This document shows, one piece after another, positions 9,543 to 18,658 of a stretch of DNA of 64,000 nucleotides. The stretch comes from Pyrinomonadaceae bacterium (GTDB taxonomy: Bacteria; Acidobacteriota; Blastocatellia; Pyrinomonadales; Pyrinomonadaceae). The stretch lies in the NCBI GenBank assembly GCA_045403245.1, contig JAXIOV010000034.1, positions 3,942 to 67,941 on the forward strand, read 5' to 3'. The notes below the pieces were generated by a model. The model was given only the letters and a program-made list of their open reading frames with translations, was not told where the DNA came from and made no database searches. The position numbers and the translations under genes are program-made. How positions within the stretch are numbered: position 1 is the stretch's first letter; every line of letters starts with the position of its first letter.

Positions 9543-9905
9543 ATGCGGACCGGCGTGATAGTTATTGTTCTAGCTCTCTCTTCAACATCCAGCATGTGTG
9601 GTCTTACAAGTTTGCAAGCTACCAGCTCTGCAGCGAACCTGGAACTTCACTCGCCGTCCTCGATGGCTCTCAATAACCAACCCGCAGCTTCCACCGCGAC
9701 TGCGCCCGCGAGGGTCGATTTCACCACCCAGGTGAAACCGATCATGGAAGGGCGCTGCCAGCCTTGCCACTTCCAGGGTGGGACGATGTACCAGAAACTT
9801 CCGTTTGATCGTCCTGAGACAATCAAAACTCTGGGAGAGAAGCTGTTCACCCGTTTGAAGCAAGAAAGCGACCGCAAGGTAATTCGCGAGTTCCTCTCAC
9901 AATGA
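9543..9905 (+). CDS. Small exported protein with one c-type haem-binding motif (PSCyt1-like domain)
   Basis: MRTGVIVIVLALSS signal-like N-terminus. FTTQVKPIMEGRCQPCHFQGG contains CxxCH in a context resembling the planctomycete cytochrome C domain. The ORF track starts earlier, at GTG 9489. Confidence 0.55.
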   Translation: MRTGVIVIVLALSSTSSMCGLTSLQATSSAANLELHSPSSMALNNQPAASTATAPARVDFTTQVKPIMEGRCQPCHFQGGTMYQKLPFDRPETIKTLGEKLFTRLKQESDRKVIREFLSQ

Positions 9906-9961
9906 CTCCGCTCTGACAATCAATAGTGTAGTCAACCGTCCACCACAAAAGGACAGCAGTC

Positions 9962-10228
9962 ATGATCAGCACAGGCGGGCTAACCCACATTCATCTGATG
10001 GTTAAGGACGTGCATCGCTCGCTGGAGTTTTACCGGGCGGTGTTTGGAATGCAGGAAAGATTCTGGGCCGGAGACGGTCTAGTTTTTCTCAACACGCCAG
10101 GTTCAAAGGATGTGATTATTTTTCCGACTCCGCGTCACCGGGCTTACCTATCTCGCTTTCGAGTCCTTCTACCTGACTCTTGCCGCTGCTCCTTCGCTGG
10201 CATATCCTGTTCTCGCTCAGTTTCATGA
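9962..10228 (+). pseudogene. VOC (glyoxalase/bleomycin-resistance fold) gene, N-terminal fragment only
   Basis: GLTHIHLMVKDVHRSLEFYRAVFGMQERF...VFLNTPGSKDVI is a typical first beta-alpha-beta-beta-beta module. After about codon 53 the sequence becomes low-complexity read-through, and the second half of the fold is missing. Confidence 0.5.
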
Positions 10229-10541
10229 GACCAAAACTCATCCCTCGATTAGTCTCAGTAACGGGCGCGGTGAAATCCTGGAAGATCGGGCCGGCAATAT
10301 CTGGTATACCGGCGATGACCTCTATCGCTTGCGCGAACAGAACGGCAAGGTCGACTTTGAGAAAGCCGGTTTGAATTTGCCCGCAAATCCGAATCGCCCC
10401 TTAATAATTTTCCAAATGCGCGAGGCGGACGACGGCTCGCTTTGGATCAACACGAACCAGGGCGTTGTTCGCCGGCTGCCTGACGGCCGCGTAGTTCTCT
10501 ATCAGCATGAAACAAACCTTCGTCTCGGCGCATCGTCGTAA
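10116..10541 (+). pseudogene. Fragment of a beta-propeller (two-component regulator propeller-like) sensor gene with no usable start
   Basis: The frame is open from 10116. EDRAGNIWYTGDDLYRL and DDGSLWINTNQGVVRRLPDGR are Reg_prop-like repeats. There is no start codon before 10329, and the frame stops after two repeats. Confidence 0.4.
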
Positions 10542-10631
10542 GAACGCCTAATCCAGTCGACCCACATTTTCTGCTGCCAGCGTCGCATTGTGTTTCGCCG
10601 TAGGCACCCGAGCGGCAGGCAGTTAGACTCT

Positions 10632-11501
10632 TCAGTCGCCGCCATAGCGGATTTCCATGTGCCGTATGCGGTAACTGGCGATGATCAATACCAGCGCCGT
10701 CACCACAATCAAACTCGGCACCGCAATCCAGGCAGGGGTTGGTTCGGCAACCACCGCGAATGGCCCCTCCAAAACGTGCACCGGCGCCAGGGAGTTTAGA
10801 TAGTGGATCACACTGATTTTCTTGAGCAGCGGAGGCAACAGGAAGTTGAGCCATTCCCAGCCGTAGAGCGCAAGCGCGGGGATAATGGGATTGCGGACAA
10901 AAAGGCCGACCACCAAAAAGAACGCGCCGTAACCGATGCAGGCGAGGATCGTAATTCCGGCGTAAGTCAAAAGCTGGCCCATGCCGGGACCGTCAAAGAA
11001 GAACCGAGAGCTTTCGGACGGGAAATGCGGCAGGTAGAGCAGCAGCATCGAAACCACGGTGGTGAGCGTGAAAAGAACGATGGCCGTCACCAGTCCGGAG
11101 AGATATTTTCCAACCACCAAAACTTCGCGCCTCACCGGACTGAGAAAGTAAAAATGCAAACTCCGGTCGATGATGTCACCGCGAAAGAGATTCATGAAAA
11201 TCCAGGCGCACCCAAAGAAAACGACCGTGCGGAGGATCAACCCGCCATAGAAGATCGCGAAGATCATGTTGTATTGCGTGAAGTCGCGCCATTCGCGGCC
11301 CGGCGGGGTAAAAGGGGCAACAATTGCCAGCGGCAGGATCGGGAGCAGCGCCAGTAAATAGAGCAGAATCGAGCGGCGTCCCAGGAAATTTTTTTCAACC
11401 TCCAGGCGAAAAATGGCGGCGATCTGCCGAAGCCAAAGCGACCAGGGCAACGACCGGTTTTCGATCTGGGATTCCGGTGTAATGTCGATAGTTGAACTCA
11501 T
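10632..11501 (-). CDS. ABC-2 type transporter permease
   Basis: 289 aa with six hydrophobic helices, located directly downstream of an ABC ATPase gene. Confidence 0.75.
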   Translation of the reverse strand: MSSTIDITPESQIENRSLPWSLWLRQIAAIFRLEVEKNFLGRRSILLYLLALLPILPLAIVAPFTPPGREWRDFTQYNMIFAIFYGGLILRTVVFFGCAWIFMNLFRGDIIDRSLHFYFLSPVRREVLVVGKYLSGLVTAIVLFTLTTVVSMLLLYLPHFPSESSRFFFDGPGMGQLLTYAGITILACIGYGAFFLVVGLFVRNPIIPALALYGWEWLNFLLPPLLKKISVIHYLNSLAPVHVLEGPFAVVAEPTPAWIAVPSLIVVTALVLIIASYRIRHMEIRYGGD

Positions 11502-11518
11502 AAGGAACCTTGACTTGC

Positions 11519-11628
11519 TATCCGCAGATTACACAGATTAAGAAATCTTGATGTCTAACTCCATCCTTTGCCTTCCCGTTTTGCCGGGGCGTTGTTCTGA
11601 ATCTATGTAATCGGCGTAATCTGCGCAG
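11519..11628. repeat. Inverted pair of GATTAC/CGCAGATT repeats bracketing about 55 nt (REP/BIME- or MITE-like unit)
   Basis: Left end is tatccgcagattacacagattaag (11519-11542). Right end is ctgaatctatgtaatcggcgtaatctgcgcag (11597-11628), whose reverse complement reads ctgcgcagattacgccgattacatagattcag. Confidence 0.6.
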
Positions 11629-11653
11629 TATTTCGAGCCAGCCGCAGTCCAGA

Positions 11654-12586
11654 TCACGAACTGCCTCCCTCTGAGCCAATCAAGTACTGGTAAACCGCAT
11701 TCAGGTCGTCGTCAACCGGCGCGATTGACTCAATGTTAATTTCGCCCTCAGCCACTACTCTATTCAGAAGGAGATAGAAGCGATCAGCGTCACGAGTCTT
11801 CACGAAGAGGCCGCGACGATCGTCATGTAGCCGTGCCTCTACGACGTGGTCCTGGGCAAAAACATGCGATGCCAGTTTTGACGGTTGGTCACACCGAATG
11901 AGAATCTGCATCGGGTGCTCTTCCATCTCGTCGCGCACGCCATGAACGTTTCCTTCCGCAACCACATACCCGTTGTTCAGCAGAATCACGCGGTCCGACA
12001 TCGTGTCTACTTCATGCAGGATGTGACTCGAAATGATCAGGTGCAGACCTTCATCTGCCAGTTTGCGAAACAAGGCCATCGTCTCAGCCCGAACCATCGG
12101 ATCAAGACCGTTCAGCGGCTCGTCGAGGATCAAAACGTCGGGTTGATGCGCGATGGCCTGGCCAAGCCTGATACGCTGGCGCATCCCCTTGCTGTAAGCC
12201 GCTACTTTTCGATCGGCATCTCCAAGTAAACTCACCCGCTCCAGCGCCGTGACTGTCAGCTCATCTGCCTTTTTCCGGCTGAGACCATTTACCAGCAGAA
12301 ACGATCTGATGAACTCGCGCCCGGTCAGGCCACGTGGAAAAGAATCAAACTGGGTGCAGTAACCAAGTTTGCGGAACAGACGTTCCGGTTCATCAGTCCT
12401 GATGCCAAGAATGGTGATCGAGCCACGGGTGGGACGGAGCAATCCAGTCATCAGGTTCATCAAGGTAGACTTCCCTGCTCCGTTGGGTCCGACGAGACTC
12501 GTGATCCCGGGTGCAATCTGCAGATTGACACGGTTGACCCCGAGGATGTCACCGTAGAATTTGGAGACATCGTCGAAGACGATCAT
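11654..12586 (-). CDS. ABC transporter ATP-binding protein
   Basis: Walker [10 protein letters not shown], signature YSKGMRQR and Walker B LILDEP. I place the start at [12 protein letters not shown] (ATG 12586); the longer ORF start at 12631 reads through a heptamer repeat array. Confidence 0.9.
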   Translation of the reverse strand: MIVFDDVSKFYGDILGVNRVNLQIAPGITSLVGPNGAGKSTLMNLMTGLLRPTRGSITILGIRTDEPERLFRKLGYCTQFDSFPRGLTGREFIRSFLLVNGLSRKKADELTVTALERVSLLGDADRKVAAYSKGMRQRIRLGQAIAHQPDVLILDEPLNGLDPMVRAETMALFRKLADEGLHLIISSHILHEVDTMSDRVILLNNGYVVAEGNVHGVRDEMEEHPMQILIRCDQPSKLASHVFAQDHVVEARLHDDRRGLFVKTRDADRFYLLLNRVVAEGEINIESIAPVDDDLNAVYQYLIGSEGGSS

Positions 12587-12589
12587 GGA

Positions 12590-12624
12590 ATTTCGGATTT
12601 CGGACTTCGGATTTCGGGTTTCCG
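12590..12624. repeat. Tandem heptamer array, about 5 units of ATTTCGG
   Basis: atttcgg atttcgg acttcgg atttcgg gtttccg, immediately upstream of the ATPase start codon. Confidence 0.8.
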
Positions 12625-12660
12625 TGCTCATGCTAGTTGTCGCGTCCTACTCCAGCGGGT

Positions 12661-12798
12661 GGTGTCCTGGTTTGAAATTCTCTGTGACTCCTCCGTGTTG
12701 TCGGTGTCTTCTGTGGTGAATAAACCGTTAAGCAAATACTCACCACCGAGACACGGAGAACACAGAGGAAGCACGGAGCAAATTGGAATTAGGACACT
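12661..12798. repeat. Long imperfect palindrome (about 138 nt) in the centre of the ABC spacer
   Basis: The left arm ggtgtcctggtttgaaattctctgtgactcctccgtgttgtcggtgtcttctgtggtg faces caccaccgagacacggagaacacagaggaagcacggagcaaattggaattaggacact. The loop is at 12719-12740. Confidence 0.65.
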
Positions 12799-12892
12799 AC
12801 TCTTCATCGTCCCACCATTACGCTTACTTCAGTTCCCGTCTTGTCGTTACGCATGCTTCAATTCCCGCTTTGGCGTCCGCCTCTATCCAGAT

Positions 12893-12920
12893 AAATTCGA
12901 AATTCGAAATTCGAAATTCC
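12893..12920. repeat. Tandem heptamer array, 4 units of AAATTCG (inverse of the 12590 array)
   Basis: aaattcg aaattcg aaattcg aaattcc abuts the permease stop codon. Its reverse complement ggaatttcgaatttcgaa matches ggaatttcggatttcgga at 12587 apart from one base per unit. Confidence 0.8.
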
Positions 12921-13840
12921 TACTTAACCACCTCGTACGCCTTCACTCTTACTGAAAGCAATGCCAGGCAAACCGCACACACAAGAAACAGGACAAACCA
13001 CGATGCCAACAGTGGCGGCTCAGTGATCGTGATCTGTGAAGCGACCTCTTCATCAAAATCGGCAACCAGCGTCGTCGTGCGCTGGAACGTGCCGAATAGC
13101 CCGGAAGTGACGTTGCCCATCAACGCGGTGAGACTGATCAAACTTCCCCAGCGAGTTTGAAATATTGCGTTCACAAACGCCCCAAACACCGACGGCACAA
13201 AGAACAACCCCAGGAGGGCGCCGCTCGCGATGACTCGCCACTTAACCAAAGCCGAAATCGCCTGCGATAACAGTGCCAGCACCAGAATTGAAACGGCACT
13301 GCCGACAAAGATCGCGCTGGCGATTCTCAGGTTGTCGAAAAACCAGGAGGTGCCTTCCAGGTACGACTGAAAAAGGAAGAGCAGAAGTTGGGGCACCCAG
13401 GTGATTGCCGAAAGCAGAATCAGCAGTACCGACATCTTGCCCAGTACATATTCAGCGCGAGAAAACGGACGGCACAGATAGAGTGGTAACGCGTTGTTCC
13501 TGAGATCGCGAGCGACCAGCGGTGGGCCCACGAGTAGGGTCACGAAAAATGCAAAGCCGGTTTGGATACTCACAAAGGTCTGAAAGAACGAGGCGTCGAT
13601 GGGAAACAAATCTCGAATATTTACTCTCAGAATCGCGAGCGCGCTGATGTTGTGATGGAGATAGATCATAATCGCCTCGACCAGCAGCGGCGCGAAGCAG
13701 ATCACGAAGAATGCGGTAAACAACTTCGACTTGAAGACATCGCGAAGCGCGTGGCGCGGAATGATCAGAAACCGGCTCCATTCCGGCGTCAGCTTTCCGG
13801 CGTACGGCTTGTAGGTATGCTCATAAACCGCTATGGCCAT
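12920..13840 (-). CDS. ABC-2 type transporter permease
   Basis: 306 aa and polytopic. Its start overlaps the 3' end of the upstream ATPase gene by 20 nt. Confidence 0.75.
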   Translation of the reverse strand: MAIAVYEHTYKPYAGKLTPEWSRFLIIPRHALRDVFKSKLFTAFFVICFAPLLVEAIMIYLHHNISALAILRVNIRDLFPIDASFFQTFVSIQTGFAFFVTLLVGPPLVARDLRNNALPLYLCRPFSRAEYVLGKMSVLLILLSAITWVPQLLLFLFQSYLEGTSWFFDNLRIASAIFVGSAVSILVLALLSQAISALVKWRVIASGALLGLFFVPSVFGAFVNAIFQTRWGSLISLTALMGNVTSGLFGTFQRTTTLVADFDEEVASQITITEPPLLASWFVLFLVCAVCLALLSVRVKAYEVVK

Positions 13841-14804
13841 TCTCCATCGCCTTCAGGAATATGTCCTCGAGCGAATCCCGCTTGTAACTCAGTCTTCTAA
13901 TCTGCAAGTCCTGCTCCGCAGCGATGCGGTAAAGATCGCGCACCTCGATGCCCTCGCGCAAAACCAGCTTCACGCGGCTGGCCCCGGTCAACGCGTACTC
14001 GCAACCGAGCGCGGCGACCGCTTCGGCAAAGCGAGTTTGATCTCCACGAGTTTCGAGCAAGAGAAACTTGCGATTTGCTTTTCGTTCGTCCTCCAGATTG
14101 CAGTAGACGGCGAGCCGGCCCTCTTTGAGAATGAGTATCTCTTCGCAGCACTCCTCGACATCGCGCAGCAAGTGTGACGACAAAACGATATTTGCCTTTC
14201 CGCTATCACGAATCTCGCGGACGAATTTGATCATTCGCTGGCGAGCCGGCGGGTCCAGCCCGTTGGTTGGTTCATCAAGAAAGATCAAGCGCGGACCGTG
14301 AACGATGGCCTGGGCCAGTTTCGCAAGTTGTTTCATCCCCAGCGAATAAGTATCGAGGCTGCGGTAACGGGCCTCGCCCAGGCCAACATAAAACAGCGCC
14401 TCGTGAGCCCGCTCGAGCGCAGCGTCGGAGGGCAAACCTGAAAGCTCACCCATCAAACGCACAAAATGGACGGCGCTCATCTTCGCGATAAATGAGTCCC
14501 GTTCCGGCATGTACCCAATGAACGCTCTTATTTGCTGAGCATCGGTGATGATGTCGCGGCCGAAGATATGCGCGGTGCCCGAAGAGGGCGGATGAAATCC
14601 CAGCAAGGTGTGAATCAGCGTGGTCTTGCCCGCGCCGTTGGGGCCAAGCAAACCAATGGCCCGTCCTCGTAGTTCGCCGCGCAAACCCTTGAGAATCGGG
14701 CGCCTGCCGAATTGAACACTAAGATCGTTGAGATCGATGACGGGAGCAAAGTTCGCTGGATTGCGAAGGCTGTTCTGCTCTTGAAGGGGTTCCGCTAACG
14801 CCAT
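13821..14804 (-). CDS. ABC transporter ATP-binding protein
   Basis: Walker [10 protein letters not shown], signature YSLGMKQ and Walker B IFLDEP. I prefer the start at MALAEPL (ATG 14804), 6 nt after the upstream gene's stop. Confidence 0.9.
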   Translation of the reverse strand: MALAEPLQEQNSLRNPANFAPVIDLNDLSVQFGRRPILKGLRGELRGRAIGLLGPNGAGKTTLIHTLLGFHPPSSGTAHIFGRDIITDAQQIRAFIGYMPERDSFIAKMSAVHFVRLMGELSGLPSDAALERAHEALFYVGLGEARYRSLDTYSLGMKQLAKLAQAIVHGPRLIFLDEPTNGLDPPARQRMIKFVREIRDSGKANIVLSSHLLRDVEECCEEILILKEGRLAVYCNLEDERKANRKFLLLETRGDQTRFAEAVAALGCEYALTGASRVKLVLREGIEVRDLYRIAAEQDLQIRRLSYKRDSLEDIFLKAMENGHSGL

Positions 14805-15205
14805 GTTGCCGACTTTATATCTCTGTTCTGATAATTCCAAACAAAACCGAGGCCGAAGGCCGTTCCCATTAGTATGAATGCACCGATGAAAGCAAACGCT
14901 TCCCCGGCTCCTAAAGTTCTACCAATTGCCAAAATTCCGATCAGGAACACTGGAATGTTGAGCAATAGGGCAGAGGCGAGTGGGAAAACAGCCGCGGGCC
15001 GGCAACCACCGAGGCGCCGGCGCAGCCAGAACAGAGATGGAGCGTAAGCGAGTGAGAAAAGAAGTGCAGCAACGATGAGTGACATGACCGTGGCGCCCTT
15101 GATGTCGGCGGCACTCAAGTATTGACCCTCAACCACGAAGAACGTTAACAGGATGGCAGTCAGGCCAATCAACCAGGACGCGAGTGAGATGAGTATGAGT
15201 TTCAT
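14795..15205 (-). CDS. Small four-helix membrane protein of unknown function
   Basis: 136 aa, almost entirely hydrophobic helices, second gene of the ABC cluster. Confidence 0.55.
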   Translation of the reverse strand: MKLILISLASWLIGLTAILLTFFVVEGQYLSAADIKGATVMSLIVAALLFSLAYAPSLFWLRRRLGGCRPAAVFPLASALLLNIPVFLIGILAIGRTLGAGEAFAFIGAFILMGTAFGLGFVWNYQNRDIKSATWR

Positions 15206-15213
15206 TTTATTTG

Positions 15214-15283
15214 CTAAGTGCTGAGTTCTGAGTTCTGAGTGCTGAGTACTGAGTGCTGAGTTCTGAGTACTGAGTACTGAGTA
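15214..15283. repeat. Tandem heptamer array, 9-10 units of CTGAGTN
   Basis: ctaagtg ctgagtt ctgagtt ctgagtg ctgagta ctgagtg ctgagtt ctgagta ctgagta ctgagta, lying between two minus-strand genes. Confidence 0.85.
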
Positions 15284-15301
15284 CTCCGCACTTCTAATAC
15301 G

Positions 15302-15697
15302 TCAGTTCACTCTGGTTGAATCTGGCGAAGAGTTATTCGCGCGCAAGTACTTTTCCGATTCACCGTAATCCATCGAGTTGACAGCAACCCCGTCATCGCC
15401 GACGAAGACGCTATCGCCCTCGCGTAACCTTCCAAAATCGCGACCATTTACCGTCACCCTGTCACCCTCGATCGTAACCTTTAGCTTGTCACCCGCAGTG
15501 CTGACGCCTTCGTAATTGAATGTCGAGACACCGGAATCCTTGGCCACGTGAAGCTTTTTCTCGAAGCCGTGACGGGACACTGTGACTTTGTGCGAACCAA
15601 CCTGAACGGTCTTTTGATGAGTGCAAGCAGCCGCAAAGGCAACTAAAGCAATGAAGAGGACCCCTAACTTCAATGACTGGCTGAGATCACGTTTCAT
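15302..15697 (-). CDS. Lipoprotein of unknown function, first gene of the ABC cluster
   Basis: The signal peptide ends in the lipobox-like FAAAC. A strong SD (AAGGAGA) lies upstream of the ATG. Confidence 0.6.
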   Translation of the reverse strand: MKRDLSQSLKLGVLFIALVAFAAACTHQKTVQVGSHKVTVSRHGFEKKLHVAKDSGVSTFNYEGVSTAGDKLKVTIEGDRVTVNGRDFGRLREGDSVFVGDDGVAVNSMDYGESEKYLRANNSSPDSTRVN

Positions 15698-15716
15698 GAT
15701 ACTTCTCCTTCTTAAT

Positions 15717-15737
15717 CCAGTTTCCAGTTTCCAGTTT
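15717..15737. repeat. Tandem heptamer array, 3 units of CCAGTTT
   Basis: ccagttt ccagttt ccagttt, just upstream of the lipoprotein gene RBS. Confidence 0.7.
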
Positions 15738-15750
15738 CGGTTGCGGGTCG

Positions 15751-15893
15751 TAGTGTCATGAGGTCAGTACCACCACGCGGGTGGGTGCGTTCGCATTTTA
15801 ACTAAGTCAATACCCGATGATCCGATGTGTCGGAGCCCAAACCTACCACCCACCCGCTTGCTACCGCGTGGTGGTACTGACCTCATGACACTA
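15751..15893. repeat. 143-nt palindromic element with perfect 30-bp inverted arms (MITE-like or structured RNA)
   Basis: tagtgtcatgaggtcagtaccaccacgcgg (15751-15780) is the exact reverse complement of 15864-15893. A further gtgggtg/cacccac pairing extends the stem. Confidence 0.8.
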
Positions 15894-15894
15894 G

Positions 15895-15915
15895 AACTCG
15901 AAACTCGAAGCCCAA
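15895..15915. repeat. Short heptamer array, 2-3 units of RAACTCG
   Basis: gaactcg aaactcg aagccca, directly flanking the right arm of the palindromic element. Confidence 0.5.
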
Positions 15916-15949
15916 AAAGCCGGGCGGGACCCGCGAGCAGCCCCGCCCG
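15914..15949 (-). terminator. Intrinsic terminator of the anti-sigma gene
   Basis: On the minus strand, CGGGCGGG-loop-CCCGCCCG (8-bp GC stem, 15921-15928 with 15942-15949) is followed by GCTTTTT, starting 6 nt after the stop codon. Confidence 0.7.
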
Positions 15950-15955
15950 ATAGTG

Positions 15956-18658
15956 TTATCTGCTACCTGGCCCTTTCATGCCCTGCTGGAGAATATGTTG
16001 TATCTCCAACGCATTCGGCACGCCGAGCAGCGTTGCCGGACTCAAACCAAATGGCCCGCCCTCTGTGTTGGCAGCAAAGGTAATGCTGTCGCCCTGGGCG
16101 TAAGCATAGGCCAGCGTTGGTGGCATGTCCGCCGCCATCGCTTTGATCGCCTGCTGTTGCTCCTGCGGCAGGTTGCCGGCCGAATTGGCAATGCGTTCGG
16201 CAAACGGCTGCACGAGTGGCGCGAGGTTGTGATAGAAGATCGCCGAGAAGTTTGGCTGGCCGTCAGCCGGCAGGCCGGCGAGAAAGCGCTGTGAACGTGA
16301 CAGCGTGTATCCCGCCTGTTGGGAATCCACCGAGCGCTGAACCATTGCACGGCTTGGGCCCATTACCATGAAGCCTCTGGCGTAAGTGTAGTTGACTTCA
16401 ACTCCGAAGTCGGTCGACTTGAGCGTGTAGTAAGGGTAACCACCAATCTCGGCGCGCTCCCAGGTCAAACCTCCCTTGCCGAATCTCACTGCTTCCTTGT
16501 TGATCTCAGCTACGATTCGCTCGAGCGTCTGCTGCAGGTGGGCCGAGTCGTTTACCTCAAAGACCATCTTCCATGATGGAGTCGGTAGAATTGGCCCATC
16601 AATCGCGAAGGCAAACTCCCCGCCCAGCGGCGCGGCAATATCGTTGCGGATGTTGACTCCGCGGTCGGCCTGCTGCTTATCGAGGTTCTTGCGTAGTTCG
16701 GGTGATACGGTCTCAACCACGCCGAGTAAATCGTCTACCAATCGGGCTGGGTCCTTCACCACGAATCCGGCCACGACGTTGGCGTCGGGGGAAATGAATT
16801 CCAGCGAGCCCATTGGTGCAGGCGAGGCCAGCCACGAAGGAATGCCCCGCTGCGGGTCGTTGAAGGAGAGCGACGCCTTTGTATGCGTCTTGCCCGCGCT
16901 CTGGTTCTGATCCAAAACCAAATATTTGACGCTCAGCACGCCCAGCTTGTTCAAAGCTTCCTCCCGGCGCTCCGCCTCGTTAGTTTTGCTTCGTTCCGGC
17001 TTAGTCTGCGCCACGATCCTCTCCAGATTGGCAGCAACGACCAGGCCTGCGCCTTCGCCGTAAACCTGCGCAATCCGATTGTGAAACGGACTGGAAGTAA
17101 AACCATTTGCGCTGCCTTTTTGGACCAGGGAAGCGAGCCTCTGAAGCTGGCTCAAATCCGGCGTCACCGCCAACAGATTATTTTGAATCCAAACAAAGAT
17201 CTCCTTGTTTCCCTTGCCCGTCGCGGTTGCCGCGACAGTGGCGGTGTACGGATCTTCGATAAACCGGATGGCAGGTCGATTCTGTTCTCTAACAGTCAAC
17301 TTCGCTATCTGCTGCTCGAGGAACTCGCGAAAGCCAGTCGAATTCTTTAGCTCCGCCAGCACCAGCGGCGCAACCGAGCCGCCCTTCTCGTCCATCGAGA
17401 CTGAAACTGCAATTTCTTCGCCCAGGTAGTTGTTAAACTCCTGTATCGTGCTGATGAGTTGGTCGACATTGGCGTCGCGCTGGCCGCCCTGCTCTTTTTC
17501 CCACCATTGCCGGAGCGCCGCGTTTTGGCCGATGCGCTCCTTCATGATCTGGTGCGACTCAACAATCGTAGTAGTCAGATTAGGCAACGCCGCGTACACA
17601 ATCGTGTTTTCGGGCATCAGGTCGAGGAGGTGAGTCGAGTTGCGAAGTCCAGGTTGCTGGACCCTGCCGAGGTCTCGATTCAACGCTGTAAACGCAGCCA
17701 GCGTTTCAGCATAACGAGTGGCGTTCCGACTCCAGGCCACTTCATCCTTGACGGCAATCTTCTGGATTGCCTTGCTGGTAGCGGCCTGTTCACCGCCCTT
17801 CAGGATTTTTTCGTTGCCTGCGTGCTCTAAATGAACTTCGCCTTCAACGACTGAGACACGTGAACCCTTCGTGCCGCTGTTGACCGAAAAGATCGTGCCG
17901 GTGACCGATACGCGAGAATCAGGCGTATTGACAAACAGGTGCTGGTTGCGCTGGTTGGCTGCCTCAACCACGATCGCGCCCCGGTTCAAATGAATCGTCG
18001 TACCCTGCGCATTTTTAGTAATGTAAAACTCCGACCGGTCTTTCATCTCAATGACTGAGCCGTCGCCCAGACGAACAAAAGCGTGCGCATCCTTTGCGGT
18101 GCGAATTCGGTCGCCTTTCTGCAATTTCTGGCCGGCACTAATCGCCGCGCTACTCGTGTCACCAATCTGATAAACCTGACCTTCGGCCGCCTGCACCGTG
18201 GCTTCAAGTTCGCCGCCAAATGGCGAGAAACGTTGAATGAAAGGAAGGGCCACCAGCCCCACGCCAATCACCAGCGCCGCCGCAATGCCCCAGCGCAATA
18301 CGACTGGCTGAATACTGAAACGGCGGTTGGCCACCAAACTCTTCGCCGGCGCCAAACTGCGCGAACGCGCTTCCTTCATCGCCTTACGACACGGAATGCA
18401 CTCATGTGTGTGGTCCACCAGCAACAGTGAACGGGCTTCCGACAGACTCCCATTCAGGTAGGCAGGAATCAGCGACTGAAAGTCTGCACAACTTTCAATT
18501 CGCTCTGCCTCAGTTGCGGATTGACCGGCTGTTTCAACTGCCAGACGCGCCCAAACACGCCCGGCCGCTGCATTAACCACCGACGAATCGATCCGGTCGT
18601 TTCGAATTTCAGTGGTTGTTTTGTCGAGGATTGCGTCAAAATCATTATTGCTGTTCAT
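15956..18658 (-). CDS. Anti-sigma factor with zf-HC2 motif, one TM helix, a FecR domain and a very large extracytoplasmic C-terminal region
   Basis: [12 protein letters not shown] zinc motif, TM helix [19 protein letters not shown], and a FecR-like [30 protein letters not shown]. The start at MNSNNDF (18658) overlaps the sigma gene end by 14 nt. Confidence 0.8.
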   Translation of the reverse strand: MNSNNDFDAILDKTTTEIRNDRIDSSVVNAAAGRVWARLAVETAGQSATEAERIESCADFQSLIPAYLNGSLSEARSLLLVDHTHECIPCRKAMKEARSRSLAPAKSLVANRRFSIQPVVLRWGIAAALVIGVGLVALPFIQRFSPFGGELEATVQAAEGQVYQIGDTSSAAISAGQKLQKGDRIRTAKDAHAFVRLGDGSVIEMKDRSEFYITKNAQGTTIHLNRGAIVVEAANQRNQHLFVNTPDSRVSVTGTIFSVNSGTKGSRVSVVEGEVHLEHAGNEKILKGGEQAATSKAIQKIAVKDEVAWSRNATRYAETLAAFTALNRDLGRVQQPGLRNSTHLLDLMPENTIVYAALPNLTTTIVESHQIMKERIGQNAALRQWWEKEQGGQRDANVDQLISTIQEFNNYLGEEIAVSVSMDEKGGSVAPLVLAELKNSTGFREFLEQQIAKLTVREQNRPAIRFIEDPYTATVAATATGKGNKEIFVWIQNNLLAVTPDLSQLQRLASLVQKGSANGFTSSPFHNRIAQVYGEGAGLVVAANLERIVAQTKPERSKTNEAERREEALNKLGVLSVKYLVLDQNQSAGKTHTKASLSFNDPQRGIPSWLASPAPMGSLEFISPDANVVAGFVVKDPARLVDDLLGVVETVSPELRKNLDKQQADRGVNIRNDIAAPLGGEFAFAIDGPILPTPSWKMVFEVNDSAHLQQTLERIVAEINKEAVRFGKGGLTWERAEIGGYPYYTLKSTDFGVEVNYTYARGFMVMGPSRAMVQRSVDSQQAGYTLSRSQRFLAGLPADGQPNFSAIFYHNLAPLVQPFAERIANSAGNLPQEQQQAIKAMAADMPPTLAYAYAQGDSITFAANTEGGPFGLSPATLLGVPNALEIQHILQQGMKGPGSR

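Noticed and set aside
10803-11357. 184-aa plus-strand ORF rich in E, R, K and D.
   Set aside because: It is antisense to the ABC-2 permease gene, its composition is the mirror of a hydrophobic gene, and it has no start context.
15214-15283. Considered whether the tandem arrays (here and at 30782 and 48447) could be a CRISPR array.
   Set aside because: The units are only 7 nt and directly abut each other with no spacers. There is no leader and there are no cas genes. These are microsatellite-like arrays, not CRISPR.
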